From sequence record KY703222: a stretch of 64,000 bases of DNA; one strand, 5' to 3'. Made by a program: the position numbers and the translations under genes. Numbering within the stretch: the stretch's first letter is position 1; each line of letters begins with the position of its first letter. Shown in pieces: positions 10,762-26,089 of the stretch. The notes under the pieces are model-generated. The model worked only from the letters and a program-made list of their open reading frames with translations, did not search any database and was not told the origin of the DNA. Origin of the DNA: Escherichia phage phiC120.

Positions 10762-12575
10762 TGAAACAAAATATTAAAATTGGGAACGTCGTTGATGACG
10801 GACAAGGCGATTACCTTCGTCGTGGTGGTGCAAAAATTAATGAAAACTTTGATGAGTTGTATTATGAATTAGGCGATGGCGAAGTTCCATATTCCGCTGG
10901 TGCCTGGAAAACATACCATTCTTCAGATGGACTTAATTTAGCTGCTGAATGGGGTAAATCATACGCAATTGATACTTCAACAGGGCGTGTTTCTATAAAT
11001 TTACCTAAAGGAACAGTGGAAGATTATAATAAAGTAATTAGAGCCCGTGATGTATTCGCCACATGGAATATTAACCCTGTAACATTAATTGCTGCTAGCG
11101 GTGATACTATTAAAGGTTCTTCTAACCCAGTAGAAATCAATGTGCAGTTTTCAGACTTAGAATTAGTTTACTGTTCTCCTGGGCGCTGGGAATACGTTAA
11201 AAATAAACAAATAGACAAAATTACTAGTTCTGATATTAGTAGTGTAGCTCGTAAAGAATTTTTAGTCGAAGTTCAAGGTCAAACTGATTTTCTTGATGTA
11301 TTTGGGTCTGTTTCTTATAATGTGAATAATATCCGTGTAAAACATCGTGGTAACGAATTATACTACGGTGATGCGTTCAGTGACAATAGTGACTTTGGTT
11401 CTCCTGGAGCTAATCCTGGAGAAATCGTTGCACTAGATGGTAAAAACATCCGTCTAAGACAACCGTGTAATATCGGCGACACCGTACAAATTGAAACCTT
11501 TTTGGATGGGATTACACAATTACGCAGTTCTTATTCTCGCCGCCAAATACGTATTTTAGATTCGAAATTAACAACCCGTCCTTCCTTAGAAGGAAGTGTA
11601 TATGTCGCTGATTTGTCAACTTTGAAATCTATTCCTTTTTCTGCATTTGGAGTTAATCCTTCAGAACCGGTCAATACCAATTCTTTAGAAGTTCGTTTTA
11701 ATGGTATTCTTCAAGAATTAGCTGGTACTGTTGGTTTACCTATGTTCAGATGTGAAGGCGCTGACGCAGAAACTTCTACCGAGTGTTCAGCTTTAGGTGG
11801 GACTTGGGTTACATCTAACACAGATTATTCTATTGAATATGATGATAACGATGCAACTATCGCACGTGCTTTAGTCTTTGACCGTAAGTTTGAAGACCAA
11901 GACATTATTGATATTACATGGTTTAATAACGATTTAGGCACTTTATTAAGTATCGATGACATTTTAGATACAACTGATGAAAGGTATGTCGCACAAGGTG
12001 CAACCGTAAATGTGACAGGCGATGTGGCTTTGACCGATTTCAATAATATCGGATGGCCTAATGTAGAATCTGTTCCTGCATATAGCAGGGAATTCTCGTC
12101 TATTGCAAATATTTTTAACACCATTTACCCTGTCGGTACTATTTACGAAAATGCAGTGAACCCTAATAACCCAGCCACGTATTTAGGATTTGGCTCTTGG
12201 AAATTATGGGGGCAAGGAAAAGTATTAGTTGGATGGAACGACGATATTAGCGATCCTAATTTTGCATTAAATAATAACGACCTTGATTCTAGCGGGAATC
12301 CTACACATACCGCCGGTGGAACAGTCGGAACAACGTCTAACACACTAACTAATTCTGATTTACCTCCTACTCAAACTGACGAGAAAGTTCTTATTTCCGA
12401 TGAGAACGGTACAATTATTATTGGTGGTTGTCAATACGACCCTGATGCAGAAGGTCCTATATACACCAAATACCGTGAAGGCCACGCCACAACGAATAGT
12501 ACACACATACCGCCTCAAGCCGTAAATAATATTCAACCGTCAGTTACCGTATACCGTTGGGTAAGGATTGCATAA
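10761..12575 (+). CDS. 10: baseplate wedge subunit and tail pin gp10
   Basis: 604 aa; synteny. Confidence 0.92.
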   Translation: MKQNIKIGNVVDDGQGDYLRRGGAKINENFDELYYELGDGEVPYSAGAWKTYHSSDGLNLAAEWGKSYAIDTSTGRVSINLPKGTVEDYNKVIRARDVFATWNINPVTLIAASGDTIKGSSNPVEINVQFSDLELVYCSPGRWEYVKNKQIDKITSSDISSVARKEFLVEVQGQTDFLDVFGSVSYNVNNIRVKHRGNELYYGDAFSDNSDFGSPGANPGEIVALDGKNIRLRQPCNIGDTVQIETFLDGITQLRSSYSRRQIRILDSKLTTRPSLEGSVYVADLSTLKSIPFSAFGVNPSEPVNTNSLEVRFNGILQELAGTVGLPMFRCEGADAETSTECSALGGTWVTSNTDYSIEYDDNDATIARALVFDRKFEDQDIIDITWFNNDLGTLLSIDDILDTTDERYVAQGATVNVTGDVALTDFNNIGWPNVESVPAYSREFSSIANIFNTIYPVGTIYENAVNPNNPATYLGFGSWKLWGQGKVLVGWNDDISDPNFALNNNDLDSSGNPTHTAGGTVGTTSNTLTNSDLPPTQTDEKVLISDENGTIIIGGCQYDPDAEGPIYTKYREGHATTNSTHIPPQAVNNIQPSVTVYRWVRIA

Positions 12576-13234
12576 TGACCATACTTAATACTAAAGCGGG
12601 AGTAATATCCCGCGAAGCAGATTTTTTAGGATTTAGAAAAAATCCTACTCAAATTGATATTTTAAACAACCAAGGCGTAGGTTCTGTAACTATTTCTCAA
12701 TTGGCAAAAGGATTCTACGACGATAACGTAGAATCTGCAATAAACGATGTTCATAATATTGCTAGAGCAGATGTAGGAACAGTTACAATTAACACCTCAG
12801 GTGTATCTCCTGAAGGAACTTCACAGGTAGATTATTGGTCCTTTAGTGGAAGTGTAACTGACCCTAGTTTGCCCGATGGAAGCCCTGTTATTGTAAAAGT
12901 TTACGGGCTTCCTGTTAATGCTACTGTAGGTATGACAGCCGACGAATTTGTTGTACAATTACGTACTACTCTCCGGAATGCGATTTCCGACCAAATGGCT
13001 ATTGCAGAGTATAAAGATGACCCTACTGTTGGGACTAAATTACAAATAACATATTTAGATAACCAAAGACACGTACTCCCAACGTATTCCTCTTATGGTA
13101 TCACGGTTTCTCAAGAAATAGTGTCTCAGGCTAAGTCCGGGTACGGCACTTGGAATTTACTAGGTGCGCAAACCATTACTCTTGACAACCATATTTCACC
13201 TACAACCTTTTATTATTTTGTGAGAACCGCATGA
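12575..13234 (+). CDS. 11: baseplate wedge subunit and tail pin gp11
   Basis: Start [17 protein letters not shown] at a TAATG overlap with gene 10 stop; about 219 aa. Confidence 0.9.
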   Translation: MTILNTKAGVISREADFLGFRKNPTQIDILNNQGVGSVTISQLAKGFYDDNVESAINDVHNIARADVGTVTINTSGVSPEGTSQVDYWSFSGSVTDPSLPDGSPVIVKVYGLPVNATVGMTADEFVVQLRTTLRNAISDQMAIAEYKDDPTVGTKLQITYLDNQRHVLPTYSSYGITVSQEIVSQAKSGYGTWNLLGAQTITLDNHISPTTFYYFVRTA

Positions 13235-14781
13235 GTAACAATACATATCAACACGTTTCGAATGAATCGGTATATGTTGAATTTGACCCGGTAGGGTCAA
13301 ATTTTGATAGTTCAATAACCAATGTCCAGGCAGCCTTAGCCTCAATTAGCGCATATGGTGTTAAAGGTGTTCCGGACGCAAGCGAAGCAGAAAAAGGTGT
13401 AATTCAATTAGCGACAGAACAAGAAGTTCTTGATGGATTTAATAGTACTAAAGCCGTTACACCAGCCACATTAAATGCAAGACTTCAGTATCCGAACGCG
13501 TCAGAAACACAATACGGTGTAACTAAATATGCAACACAAGAGGAAGCCATTGCCGGCACTTTAGACACTGTTTCTATTACTCCACTTAAATTAAACCAAA
13601 CTATTGATAACACGTTCTCTACTCGTTATTCCACCGAAACAACTAACGGTGTTATTAAAATTGCAACTCAAACCGCTGCACTTGCCGGGTCTGATGATAC
13701 CACGGCAATGACACCGCTTAAAACTCAGCAATTAGCAATAAAATTAATTTCTCAAATAGCTCCTAATAACGACCCGGCTTCAGAATCTATTACTGGTGTT
13801 GTGCGTTTAGCTACGGTGGCTCAAACACGTCAAGGAACTCTTCGCGAAGGATATGCAATTTCCCCATATACCTTTATGAATTCTGTTGCAACACAAGAAT
13901 ATAAAGGTGTTATACGTCTAGGAACACAAACGGAAATTAATAGTAATTTAGGAGATGTTGCTGTAACAGGTGAAACGCTAAATGGTAGAGGAGCTACCGG
14001 TTCTATGCGTGGAGTCGTAAAATTAACGACGCAGGCCGGTGTTGCACCCGAAGGCGATAGTTCTGGAGCATTAGCATGGAACGCAGATGTAATTAATACA
14101 CGCGGTGGGCAAACTATTAATGGTTCTTTAAATTTAGACCATCTCACGGCAAATGGAATTTGGTCACGTGGTGGAATGTGGAAAAACGGTGACCAGCCGG
14201 TTGCAACAGAGCGATATGCATCTGAACGTGTTCCTGTTGGAACAATTCAAATGTTCGCAGGTGATAGCGCTCCTCCAGGTTGGGTTTTATGTCATGGCGG
14301 GACCGTTTCTGGGAACCAATTTCCAGACTATCGAAATGTGGTTGGAACGAGATTTGGCGGTGATTGGAATAATCCTGGAATTCCAGACATGCGCGGTCTT
14401 TTTGTTAGAGGAGCTGGTACAGGCAGCCATATTTTAAATAATCGCGGTCAAGATGGCTATGGAAAGGATAGATTAGGTGTAGGATGTGACGGTATGCATG
14501 TTGGTGGTGTCCAAGCACAGCAAATGTCATATCATAAACACGCTGGTGGATGGGGCGAATATCAACGTCATGAGGCACCATTCGGAGCATCCGTATATCA
14601 AGGTTATTTGGGTACTAGAAAATACGCTGATTGGGATAACGCATCATATTTCACAAATGACGGCTTCGAATTAGGTGGTCACCGCGACGCAACAGGCACT
14701 CTTAACCGTGAAGGACTTATCGGATATGAGACTCGTCCATGGAATATATCTTTAAATTATATTATTAAAGTCCATTACTAA
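13231..14781 (+). CDS. 12: short tail fiber gp12
   Basis: 516 aa; His-rich C-terminal receptor-binding region ([14 protein letters not shown]); synteny. Confidence 0.93.
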   Translation: MSNNTYQHVSNESVYVEFDPVGSNFDSSITNVQAALASISAYGVKGVPDASEAEKGVIQLATEQEVLDGFNSTKAVTPATLNARLQYPNASETQYGVTKYATQEEAIAGTLDTVSITPLKLNQTIDNTFSTRYSTETTNGVIKIATQTAALAGSDDTTAMTPLKTQQLAIKLISQIAPNNDPASESITGVVRLATVAQTRQGTLREGYAISPYTFMNSVATQEYKGVIRLGTQTEINSNLGDVAVTGETLNGRGATGSMRGVVKLTTQAGVAPEGDSSGALAWNADVINTRGGQTINGSLNLDHLTANGIWSRGGMWKNGDQPVATERYASERVPVGTIQMFAGDSAPPGWVLCHGGTVSGNQFPDYRNVVGTRFGGDWNNPGIPDMRGLFVRGAGTGSHILNNRGQDGYGKDRLGVGCDGMHVGGVQAQQMSYHKHAGGWGEYQRHEAPFGASVYQGYLGTRKYADWDNASYFTNDGFELGGHRDATGTLNREGLIGYETRPWNISLNYIIKVHY

Positions 14782-14790
14782 GGGTAAAAA

Positions 14791-16233
14791 ATGATCGAAT
14801 TAAAAAGTCTACCATACGTTGATGGCCCTCCTGATGAGGGTCAAAAACGCTTAAACTGGATTAAAAATTCAGAAGAAATAACTGGCGCTGATACGTTATA
14901 CGGTTCTGAAGGAGTAATGAACCGTCCAATAACAGAAGTTCAACGAAATGTAGAAACAATTAACGATAACGTTAAGACTATCGCAGAATCTTTAGATACC
15001 GCTAATGCTGATATTGTCACAATTAAAAGTATCTTGGATGTTTCTGGTGATGTAGATGCTTTAGCACAAATTGGACATAACACTGATGATATTGAAGTAT
15101 TAAAACACACTGTAAATTCACACGGTGTTGATATTTTAAACACTGAAGAAAAACTAGATGATACTATTGCTAATATCGGAGTAGTTAATCCAGAAACAGA
15201 TTCAGTGTATCGTACGGTGCGTAACGACCTTCTTTGGATTAAAACCGAATTAGGGCAATATACTGGGCAAGATATTAATGGTGTCCCGACCGAAGGTAAT
15301 GAAAGCACCGGGATGAAACGACGTATTATTACTAACAGCTCAGTGTTGGTTGACCAAGGCGTTCGTTTAACCGAGTTAGAAAATAAATTTGCCGATTCTG
15401 ATGTTGGGGCTCTGACAACCGAAGTTGAAAACCTCCGTCAAGAAATAGGTCCTAGACCATCGTTAACAGTACCGGTTTACACTCGTTTATCCGGTATTGA
15501 TTCATCCATTTCTATCCAAACTAGAGATATTGCGGCATTAAAAGATTTTGTTGGATATCCTAATTCAACCGCTATTAAAACTCAAGTCGAGGCCAATCGT
15601 CTTTCTATATCAACAATAAATTCAGACATTAACTCGCCTGGCGGTATTAAACCACGTTTGACAACGTTAGAAACTACTATAGGCTCTCCAGATTTACCAA
15701 CTACTCTTCAGGGTAAGATCAAATTAAATACCGATTCCATTTCAGGTATTAACACAGTTTTAGGTGTTGATTCTTCTAGTGGTTTACGTTTTAATGTAGC
15801 ATGGCTTAATCAGGTGGTTGGAGTTGATTCAAACGGTGGACAACCTGAACCGGCTGGTTCACTTTTATATAGGACTCGTGTTCTTGAAACTGGTGTTACC
15901 GACCTAGGCAATAACATTCAAAACGTTCAAACTGAATTGGGAACTAATTCGTCCGGTATTAAAGGACAAGTAACTAGTTTAAATAAACTTATAAGCGGTA
16001 CCAACCCAAACGGTCAAACCGTAGAAGAACGTGGTATATTGCCAACGGTTAAAAACCATGACACAACAATTATGGCTTTAACTACGCGTGTTACCACTTT
16101 AGAAACCGACCTTGCTGAAGCAGAAGCAGAAATTCAGGCCCTTAAAGAGGCTGGATATATCGAAGATGCTCCTTCAGACGGTAAATTCTATGTTCGTAAA
16201 GATGGTGCTTGGGTTGAACTTCCTACAGCTTAA
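14791..16233 (+). CDS. wac: fibritin (whisker/neck fiber) Wac
   Basis: 480 aa coiled-coil protein ending with foldon-like GYIEDAPSDGKFYVRKDGAWVELPTA. Confidence 0.93.
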   Translation: MIELKSLPYVDGPPDEGQKRLNWIKNSEEITGADTLYGSEGVMNRPITEVQRNVETINDNVKTIAESLDTANADIVTIKSILDVSGDVDALAQIGHNTDDIEVLKHTVNSHGVDILNTEEKLDDTIANIGVVNPETDSVYRTVRNDLLWIKTELGQYTGQDINGVPTEGNESTGMKRRIITNSSVLVDQGVRLTELENKFADSDVGALTTEVENLRQEIGPRPSLTVPVYTRLSGIDSSISIQTRDIAALKDFVGYPNSTAIKTQVEANRLSISTINSDINSPGGIKPRLTTLETTIGSPDLPTTLQGKIKLNTDSISGINTVLGVDSSSGLRFNVAWLNQVVGVDSNGGQPEPAGSLLYRTRVLETGVTDLGNNIQNVQTELGTNSSGIKGQVTSLNKLISGTNPNGQTVEERGILPTVKNHDTTIMALTTRVTTLETDLAEAEAEIQALKEAGYIEDAPSDGKFYVRKDGAWVELPTA

Positions 16234-16239
16234 TGAAAA

Positions 16240-16253
16240 GGGCCTTCGGGCCC
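16240..16253 (+). terminator. hairpin GGGCC-TTCG-GGCCC after wac
   Basis: 5-bp GC stem with UUCG loop immediately after wac stop. Confidence 0.55.
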
Positions 16254-16265
16254 TAAAGGATTTAT

Positions 16266-17192
16266 ATGTCAGGTTATAATGCACAAAACCCTAAAGAATT
16301 AAAGGATGTAATATTACGTCGTTTAGGCGCTCCTATTGTAAATGTTGAATTAACTACAGACCAAATTTATGATTGTATTTCCAGAGCATTAGAACTTTAT
16401 GGCGAATATCATTTTGATGGATTGAATAAAGGTTTCCATGTATTTTTTGTTGACGACGAAGAAAAATACCGTCACGGCGTATTTGATATGCGTGGTTCTA
16501 ATGTATTTGCTGTAACAAGAATTATAAGAACAAACGTTGGCTCTATTACTTCAATGGATGGTAACGCAACTTATCCATGGTTCACTGATTTCCTTTTAGG
16601 AATGGCAGGCGTTTCTGGTGGTATGGGTAGTAATTGTGGTAAATTCTACGGTCCGAACGCTTTTGGTGCCGACCTCGGGTATTATTCTCAATTAGTATCT
16701 TATATGGGTATGCTTCAAGATATGATTGCTCCTCTTCCAGATTTTTGGTTTAACTCTGCAAACGAGCAATTAAAAGTAATGGGTAACTTTAGACAGAAAG
16801 ATGTTATTATCGTTGAATCGTATGTTCGCTCTTATATTGAGACACATAAGATGGTAGGAAATACAGTAGGTTATGGACAGGTCGGTCCTCGTGATTCATG
16901 GTCTATTTCTGAGCGGTATGACAACCCAGACCATAATTTAGTCGGACGTCGAGTTGGTGAAGATCCTGCAACTAAACAAGGCGCATATAACAACCGCTGG
17001 GTTAAAGATTATGCAACTGCATTAGCTAAAGAGCTTAATGGACAAATTCTTGCTAAACATCAAGGTATGATGTTACCAGGCGGTGTCACTGTTGATGGTG
17101 TTCGATTAATTGAAGAAGCCCGTTTAGAGAAAGAAGCTTTACGAGAAGAGTTATATTTACTGGACCCTCCTGCGGGTATTTTGGTAGGTTAA
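16266..17192 (+). CDS. 13: neck protein gp13
   Basis: 308 aa; synteny. Confidence 0.92.
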   Translation: MSGYNAQNPKELKDVILRRLGAPIVNVELTTDQIYDCISRALELYGEYHFDGLNKGFHVFFVDDEEKYRHGVFDMRGSNVFAVTRIIRTNVGSITSMDGNATYPWFTDFLLGMAGVSGGMGSNCGKFYGPNAFGADLGYYSQLVSYMGMLQDMIAPLPDFWFNSANEQLKVMGNFRQKDVIIVESYVRSYIETHKMVGNTVGYGQVGPRDSWSISERYDNPDHNLVGRRVGEDPATKQGAYNNRWVKDYATALAKELNGQILAKHQGMMLPGGVTVDGVRLIEEARLEKEALREELYLLDPPAGILVG

Positions 17193-17193
17193 T

Positions 17194-17958
17194 ATGGCGA
17201 CTTATGATAAAAATCTTTTCGCCAAACTAGAAAATCGTGGTGGGTATTCTCAGACAAATGAAACCGAAATCCTCAATCCATTTGTCAATTTTAATAACTA
17301 TGAGAATAGTCAGACATTAGCCGATGTTCTAGTGGCAGAAAGCATACAGATGCGCGGTATTGAGTGTTTTTATGTTCCACGTGAATATGTTGCAGTGGAC
17401 CTTATCTTTGGTGAGGACCTTAAAAATAAATTTACTAAAGCATGGAAATTTGCTGCATATCTGAACTCTTTTGAAGGTTATGAAGGAGCGAAATCGTTCT
17501 TCAGCAACTTCGGAATGCAAGTTCAAGACGAAGTTACATTATCTATTAACCCAGGTCTTTTCAAACACCAGGTCAACAATCAGGAGCCTAAGGAAGGTGA
17601 TTTAATATACTTCCCAATGGACAACAGTTTGTTTGAGATTAACTGGGTTGAACCATATGACCCGTTCTATCAAGTAGGTAAAAATGCGATTCGTAAAATT
17701 ACTGCAGGCAAGTTTATTTACTCCGGTGAAGAAATCAATCCGGTGCTTCAGAAAAATGAAGGTATCAATATACCTGAATTTAGTGACTTGGAACTTAACC
17801 CTGTTAGAAATCTTGACGGTATCCATGACATTAATATCGATGAATATTCTGAAGTTGAGCAAATCAATTCAGAGGCAAGTGAATACGTTGAACCATATGT
17901 AGTAGTTAACAACCGCGGTAGACAAAATTCACCATTTGACGATGGGTTTATGAATTAA
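17194..17958 (+). CDS. 14: neck protein gp14
   Basis: 254 aa; synteny. Confidence 0.92.
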   Translation: MATYDKNLFAKLENRGGYSQTNETEILNPFVNFNNYENSQTLADVLVAESIQMRGIECFYVPREYVAVDLIFGEDLKNKFTKAWKFAAYLNSFEGYEGAKSFFSNFGMQVQDEVTLSINPGLFKHQVNNQEPKEGDLIYFPMDNSLFEINWVEPYDPFYQVGKNAIRKITAGKFIYSGEEINPVLQKNEGINIPEFSDLELNPVRNLDGIHDINIDEYSEVEQINSEASEYVEPYVVVNNRGRQNSPFDDGFMN

Positions 17959-18007
17959 TAAATAAATAAGATAAAGCAAACACCGGTCGAAAGGCCGGTT
18001 AGGAGAA

Positions 18008-18832
18008 ATGATGTTTGGTTATTTTTACAACTCGTCGTTCAGGCGATATATCACAATGATGGGCGATTTGTTTTCAAATATCCAAGTTAACCGTCAATTG
18101 TCTACAGGCAATAAATTAATTAGAGTTCCTATTACGTATGCATCTAAAGAGCACTTTATGATGAAACTTAATAAATGGACCTCTATAAACTCACAAGAAG
18201 ATGTGGCTAAAGTCGAAACTATTCTACCACGTATAAATCTCCAAATGGTAGATTTCGTTTATAACCCAACTTTTAAAACGAATATATTGAATAACTCTCT
18301 TTTGAGTAAATCGACTAAGGATATTGTAGACCAATACAACCCATCACCAATTAAAATGATTTTTGAACTGAGCATCTTTACTCGTTATGAAGATGATATG
18401 TTTCAAATCGTTGAGCAAATTATTCCATATTTTCAGCCGCATTTTAATACGACTATGATTGAGCAGTATGGTCAGGATATTCCATTTGAAAGGGATATTA
18501 AAGTCGTATGGATGTCAGCAGCAATGGATGAACAAATAGATGGTGATAATTTATCCCGTCGACGTTTAGAGTGGTCATTAACATTTGAAGTAAATGGATG
18601 GATGTATCCTCCGGTAGGCGCAGCCGAAGGCCTTATTAAAACGACTTATCTTGATTTTCATGCTAATGAACGAGACCTTCAAACAGCCGCCAGTGTTTTT
18701 GAATCAGTTGATACAGAAATTAAACCGAGAGACGTTGAAGCACAAGATTGGAATGGTGAAGTTGAACAAACATATACTCATGATATTCCAATCCCGACTC
18801 CACCAACCCCTCCTGGTCCTAGAAAACAATAA
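18008..18832 (+). CDS. 15: tail sheath stabilizer / completion protein gp15
   Basis: N-terminus MFGYFYNSSFRRY matches recalled T4 gp15 (start may be the second ATG at 18011). Confidence 0.92.
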   Translation: MMFGYFYNSSFRRYITMMGDLFSNIQVNRQLSTGNKLIRVPITYASKEHFMMKLNKWTSINSQEDVAKVETILPRINLQMVDFVYNPTFKTNILNNSLLSKSTKDIVDQYNPSPIKMIFELSIFTRYEDDMFQIVEQIIPYFQPHFNTTMIEQYGQDIPFERDIKVVWMSAAMDEQIDGDNLSRRRLEWSLTFEVNGWMYPPVGAAEGLIKTTYLDFHANERDLQTAASVFESVDTEIKPRDVEAQDWNGEVEQTYTHDIPIPTPPTPPGPRKQ

Positions 18833-18841
18833 GAGGTAAAT

Positions 18842-21158
<2,317 letters not shown>

Positions 21159-21185
21159 AAATAAAGCAAATTAAGAGGAATTAAA

Positions 21186-23168
21186 ATGGCACTTCTCTCT
21201 CCGGGCGTTGAGCTCAAAGAAACTACCGTACAGAGTACTGTAGTTAATAACTCCACTGGTACTGCTGCCCTGGCTGGAAAATTCCAATGGGGACCTGCAT
21301 TCCAGATTAAACAAATCACCGATGAAGTTGCGTTGGTTGATATGTTTGGTACTCCTAACACAGACACCGCAGATTATTTCATGTCTGCTATGAACTTCCT
21401 TCAATATGGTAATGACCTTCGTGTTGTACGCGCTGTTGATCGTGATACTGCTAAGAACTCATCTCCTGTGGCAGGAAACATTAATTTTACTATTTCTTCG
21501 GCTGGCACCAACTACAGAGTCGGTGATAAAGTTGTAGTTAAATATTCTACAGATGTTATCGAACCAGACGGTGAAGTTACTTCAGTTGATTCTGACGGTA
21601 AAATTTTGAATATCTTTATTCCTTCAGGTAAAATTATCGCTAAAGCGAAAGAAATCGGCGAATATCCTGAATTAGGTTCAAACTGGACTGCCGAAATGTC
21701 TGGGTCTTCTTCTGGTCTGTCTGCAGTAATTACTATTGATTCAGTTGTAATGGATTCCGGTATTCTGTTGACTGAAGTTGAAACTTCAGAAGAAGCTATT
21801 ACTTCTCTAACTTTCCAAGAATCTATTAAAAAATACAGTGTCCCGGGTGTAGTTGCTCTTTATCCAGGTGAACTTGGAGACCAGCTCGAAATTGAAATCG
21901 TATCTAAAGCAGACTATGACAAAGGTGCTTCAGCCCAGTTAAAAATTTATCCTGATGGTGGCACTCGTTATTCTACTGCTAAAGCAATCTTTGGGTACGG
22001 TCCACAGACTGATGACCAATATGCAATTATCGTTCGTCGCAACGACGCGGTAGTCCAGAGCGTAGTTCTTTCTACTAAACGTGGTGAACGAGATATTTAT
22101 GGTAGCAATATCTTCATTGATGATTTCTTTGCTAAAGGCGCAAGCAATTATATTTTCGCTACGGCACAAGGTTGGCCAAAAGGTTTCTCTGGCGTAATCA
22201 AACTGAATGGTGGCTTATCATCTAATGAAACGGTTGAAGCCGGTGATTTAATGGAAGCTTGGGATTTGTTTGCTGACCGTGAATCGGTTAATGCACAGTT
22301 GTTTATTGCTGGTTCTTGTGCCGGTGAATCTTTAGAAGTTGCTTCTACAGTTCAGAAACATGTTGTAGCAATTGGTGATTCTCGTCAAGATTGCTTGGTT
22401 CTTTGCTCGCCTCCACGTGCAACTGTAGTTGGTATTCCTGTTAATCGTGCAGTTGATAATCTGGTTGATTGGCGTACAGCGTCAGGAACTTACACTGATA
22501 ATAACTTTAATATAAGTTCTACTTATGCTGCTATTGATGGTAACTATAAATATCAATATGACAAATATAACGATGTGAATCGTTGGGTTCCATTAGCTGC
22601 TGATATCGCCGGTCTTTGTGCTCGAACAGACAATATTTCTCAACCTTGGATGTCTCCAGCCGGTTATAACCGTGGACAAATTCTTAACGTTATTAAGCTT
22701 GCAATTGAAACTCGTCAAGCACAACGAGATCGTTTGTATCAGGAAGCTATTAACCCTGTTACTGGTACTGGTGGTGATGGATATGTTCTGTATGGTGATA
22801 AAACTGCCACTTCTGTTCCTTCGCCATTTGACCGTATTAACGTACGTCGTTTGTTTAACATGGTTAAAACGAACATTGGTTCGGCATCCAAATATCGCCT
22901 GTTTGAATTGAACAACGCATTCACCCGTTCTTCTTTCCGTACAGAGACTTCTCAATATCTACAGGGTATTAAAGCTCTTGGTGGTGTATATAACTTTAAA
23001 GTTGTTTGTGATACTACCAATAACACCCCAGCAGTTATCGACCGTAATGAATTTGTAGCTACTTTCTACTTACAACCTGCCCGCTCGATAAATTATATTA
23101 CGTTGAACTTTGTAGCAACAGCAACTGGCGCTGATTTCGACGAACTGATTGGTGCTGTAGGTGGCTAA
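21186..23168 (+). CDS. 18: tail sheath protein gp18
   Basis: 660 aa; synteny. Confidence 0.95.
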   Translation: MALLSPGVELKETTVQSTVVNNSTGTAALAGKFQWGPAFQIKQITDEVALVDMFGTPNTDTADYFMSAMNFLQYGNDLRVVRAVDRDTAKNSSPVAGNINFTISSAGTNYRVGDKVVVKYSTDVIEPDGEVTSVDSDGKILNIFIPSGKIIAKAKEIGEYPELGSNWTAEMSGSSSGLSAVITIDSVVMDSGILLTEVETSEEAITSLTFQESIKKYSVPGVVALYPGELGDQLEIEIVSKADYDKGASAQLKIYPDGGTRYSTAKAIFGYGPQTDDQYAIIVRRNDAVVQSVVLSTKRGERDIYGSNIFIDDFFAKGASNYIFATAQGWPKGFSGVIKLNGGLSSNETVEAGDLMEAWDLFADRESVNAQLFIAGSCAGESLEVASTVQKHVVAIGDSRQDCLVLCSPPRATVVGIPVNRAVDNLVDWRTASGTYTDNNFNISSTYAAIDGNYKYQYDKYNDVNRWVPLAADIAGLCARTDNISQPWMSPAGYNRGQILNVIKLAIETRQAQRDRLYQEAINPVTGTGGDGYVLYGDKTATSVPSPFDRINVRRLFNMVKTNIGSASKYRLFELNNAFTRSSFRTETSQYLQGIKALGGVYNFKVVCDTTNNTPAVIDRNEFVATFYLQPARSINYITLNFVATATGADFDELIGAVGG

Positions 23169-23180
23169 TAAGACGCCTGA

Positions 23181-23200
23181 TGGGCTATTTCGGTAGCCCA
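23181..23200 (+). terminator. hairpin TGGGCTA-TTTCGG-TAGCCCA after gene 18
   Basis: 7-bp stem directly after gene 18 stop, before the gene 19 late promoter. Confidence 0.55.
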
Positions 23201-23208
23201 TATAAATA
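23201..23208 (+). promoter_or_regulatory. late promoter TATAAATA for gene 19
   Basis: Exact octamer in the 18-19 intergenic region. Confidence 0.65.
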
Positions 23209-23280
23209 TACTATATCGTTTAAAAATTAATTCTATGGGCATCCGGTTAATCCTAAGCCCATATTACTACAGAGGCTAAT

Positions 23281-23772
23281 ATGTTTGTAGATGACGTAAC
23301 TCGTGCCTTCGAATCTGGTGATTTCGCTCGCCCTAACCTGTTCGAAGTAGAAATCTCTTATCTTGGGCAAAACTTTAGCTTCCAGTGTCGTGCTACTGCT
23401 CTTCCTGCTGCGATCGTTGAAAAGGTTCCTGTTTCTTATATGAACCGTAAAATTAACGTGGCCGGTGACCGTACATTCGACGATTGGACTATTACAGTAA
23501 TGAACGACGATGCTCATAGTATTCGTCAGAAATTCGTTGATTGGCAAGGTATTGCAGCAGGACAAGGTAATGAAATTACCGGTGGTAAACCTGCTGAATA
23601 TAAAAAGACTGCTATCGTTCGTCAATTTGCTCGTGATGCTAAAACGGTCACTAAAGAAGTTGAAATTGTTGGCTTGTGGCCTACTAACGTTGGCGAAGTA
23701 TCTCTTGACTGGGACAGCAATAATGAGATTGAAACGTTCGAAGTAACTCTTGCTCTTGATTGGTGGGAATAA
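23281..23772 (+). CDS. 19: tail tube protein gp19
   Basis: 163 aa, same length as T4 gp19. Confidence 0.95.
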   Translation: MFVDDVTRAFESGDFARPNLFEVEISYLGQNFSFQCRATALPAAIVEKVPVSYMNRKINVAGDRTFDDWTITVMNDDAHSIRQKFVDWQGIAAGQGNEITGGKPAEYKKTAIVRQFARDAKTVTKEVEIVGLWPTNVGEVSLDWDSNNEIETFEVTLALDWWE

Positions 23773-23779
23773 TCTGGTT

Positions 23780-23793
23780 GGGGAGAAATCCCC
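23780..23793 (+). terminator. hairpin GGGGA-GAAA-TCCCC after gene 19
   Basis: 5-bp G/C stem with GNRA (GAAA) tetraloop after gene 19 stop. Confidence 0.5.
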
Positions 23794-23820
23794 AGCTTCC
23801 CGTGATGACGGAGAAGTCCA

Positions 23821-23828
23821 TATAAATA
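23821..23828 (+). promoter_or_regulatory. late promoter TATAAATA for gene 20
   Basis: Exact octamer 28 nt upstream of gene 20 ATG. Confidence 0.65.
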
Positions 23829-23856
23829 TAACTATAATTCCCATTCGGAGAATACA

Positions 23857-25428
23857 ATGAAATTTAATATCTTAAGTTTGTTTGCTCCATGGGCAAAAAT
23901 GGACGAACGTGATTACAAAGACCAAGAAAAAGAAAATTTAGAATCGATCACCACACCAAAATTAGACGACGGCGCTAAAGAATACGAAGTATCTGAAAAT
24001 GAAGCACAGCAAACATATAATGCTATGTTTCAGAGAATGTTCGGTAGCCAAGAACCAGGGCTCAAATCAACACGTGAATTAATCGATACGTATCGAAATT
24101 TGATGACGAACTATGAAGTGGATAATGCAGTCTCTGAAATAGTTTCTGATGCTATCGTATATGAAGATGATACAGAAGTCGTTTCTATAAATTTAGACAA
24201 CACAAAATTTAGTCCAAATATCAAATCAATGATGTTGGATGAATTTAACGAAGTGTTAAATCATTTATCTTTCCAACGTAAAGGTTCAGATCATTTTAGA
24301 CGTTGGTACGTAGATTCTCGAATTTTCTTCCATAAAATTATTGACCCTAAACGCCCTAAAGAAGGTATTAAAGAGCTTCGTCGTTTAGACCCACGTCAAG
24401 TTCAATATGTCCGTGAAGTTATTACAACCACTGAAGCCGGTGTTAAAATAGTCAAGGGTTATAAAGAATATTTCATTTATGACACATCACACGAATCTTA
24501 TGCTTGTGATGGTCGCATATATGAAGCTGGCACAAAAATAAAAATCCCTAAAGCCGCGATTGTTTATGCCCATTCTGGTTTAGTTGATTGTTGTGGTAAA
24601 AATATCATTGGTTATTTGCATCGGGCTATTAAGCCGGCGAACCAATTAAAACTTCTTGAAGATGCCGTCGTAATTTATCGTATTACTCGTGCTCCTGATC
24701 GTCGTGTATGGTACGTTGATACAGGTAATATGCCTTCAAGAAAAGCAGCAGAACATATGCAACATGTTATGAATACGATGAAAAATCGTATTGCATATGA
24801 TGCTACTACAGGCAAGATTAAAAACCAGCAGCATATTATGTCGATGACCGAAGATTATTGGTTACAACGACGTGATGGTAAAGCAGTAACAGAAGTTGAT
24901 ACATTACCGGGTGCAGATAATACTGGAAATATGGAAGATGTGCGTTGGTTCCGTAATGCGCTTTATATGGCTTTACGTATTCCTATTACCCGTATTCCAA
25001 GCGACCAAGGTGGTATACAGTTTGATGCTGGTACTTCTATTACACGTGATGAATTGTCATTTGGTAAATTTATTCGTGAGCTGCAACATAAATTTGAAGA
25101 GATATTCCTAGACCCGCTTAAAACTAATTTAATTCTTAAAGGAATTATTACAGAAGATGAGTGGAATGATGAAATAAATAATATTAAGATAAAATTTCAT
25201 CGGGATAGTTATTTCTCGGAATTAAAGGATGCTGAGATTCTGGAGCGTCGAATTAATATGCTTCAGATGGCCGAACCATTTATTGGTAAATATATTTCTC
25301 ACAGAACAGCTATGAAAGATATTCTTCAGATGTCTGACGAGGAAATTGAACAAGAGGCTAAGCAAATTGAAGAAGAGTCGAAAGAGGCTCGTTTCCAAGA
25401 CCCCGACCAAGAACAAGAGGATTTTTAA
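23857..25428 (+). CDS. 20: portal vertex protein gp20
   Basis: 523 aa; synteny. Confidence 0.95.
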   Translation: MKFNILSLFAPWAKMDERDYKDQEKENLESITTPKLDDGAKEYEVSENEAQQTYNAMFQRMFGSQEPGLKSTRELIDTYRNLMTNYEVDNAVSEIVSDAIVYEDDTEVVSINLDNTKFSPNIKSMMLDEFNEVLNHLSFQRKGSDHFRRWYVDSRIFFHKIIDPKRPKEGIKELRRLDPRQVQYVREVITTTEAGVKIVKGYKEYFIYDTSHESYACDGRIYEAGTKIKIPKAAIVYAHSGLVDCCGKNIIGYLHRAIKPANQLKLLEDAVVIYRITRAPDRRVWYVDTGNMPSRKAAEHMQHVMNTMKNRIAYDATTGKIKNQQHIMSMTEDYWLQRRDGKAVTEVDTLPGADNTGNMEDVRWFRNALYMALRIPITRIPSDQGGIQFDAGTSITRDELSFGKFIRELQHKFEEIFLDPLKTNLILKGIITEDEWNDEINNIKIKFHRDSYFSELKDAEILERRINMLQMAEPFIGKYISHRTAMKDILQMSDEEIEQEAKQIEEESKEARFQDPDQEQEDF

Positions 25429-25664
25429 TGGACGATTTAATTCAAGCTATTAAATCAAACGACCTCGTTGCTACTCGAAAATTTTTTGAAAGTGCAATGG
25501 CAGAAAAAACGGTTCGTTTGATTGAAGCACGCAAAGCAGAAATCGCTTCTCAATTTTTGATTGAAGGCGAAGAACCTGAAGAAGAAAAGAAAGCTAAAGC
25601 TTCGGAAGACGACGCTGATGAAGGCGATGACGACGAAGACGAAGATGATGAGGACGATGAATAA
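25428..25664 (+). CDS. 67: prohead core protein gp67
   Basis: 78 aa with poly-acidic C-terminus ([11 protein letters not shown]). Confidence 0.85.
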   Translation: MDDLIQAIKSNDLVATRKFFESAMAEKTVRLIEARKAEIASQFLIEGEEPEEEKKAKASEDDADEGDDDEDEDDEDDE

Positions 25665-26089
25665 TGTATCTTATCCCTGAATCTTATGAATTGGTACTCG
25701 AAAATGTCGAAGCACTTATTCCTGAAGCACAGGGCCGAATCGATGCATTGTCTTCTGCTCTCGATATTGACGATATAAATACTATTATCGAGAACATGCT
25801 TGAAACTGAAACGGATTTAGCTGTTGCAATGGCTTCCATTATTAATGAAGAACAGTTAAATGAGTTTATCGTTAAACATGTTTCTTCTCGTGGTGAAGTC
25901 ACCCGCACTAAAGACCGTAAAACTCGTGAACGTAACGCGTTCCAAACAACCGGTCTTTCTAAAGCAAAACGTAGACAAATCGCTCGTAAGGTCGTTAAAG
26001 CTAAAAAAGCTAACCCTTCAGGCCAAGTTAAAGGCATGCGTAAGCGTAAAAAAGCTCTTAAACGTCGTAAAGCATTAGGATTAAGCTAA
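25664..26089 (+). CDS. 68: prohead core protein gp68
   Basis: 141 aa with basic C-terminus; between 67 and 21. Confidence 0.85.
   Translation: MYLIPESYELVLENVEALIPEAQGRIDALSSALDIDDINTIIENMLETETDLAVAMASIINEEQLNEFIVKHVSSRGEVTRTKDRKTRERNAFQTTGLSKAKRRQIARKVVKAKKANPSGQVKGMRKRKKALKRRKALGLS

Noticed and set aside
17950-17975. AATAAATAAATAAG upstream of gene 15 as a late promoter
   Set aside because: Does not contain an exact TATAAATA; left unannotated.
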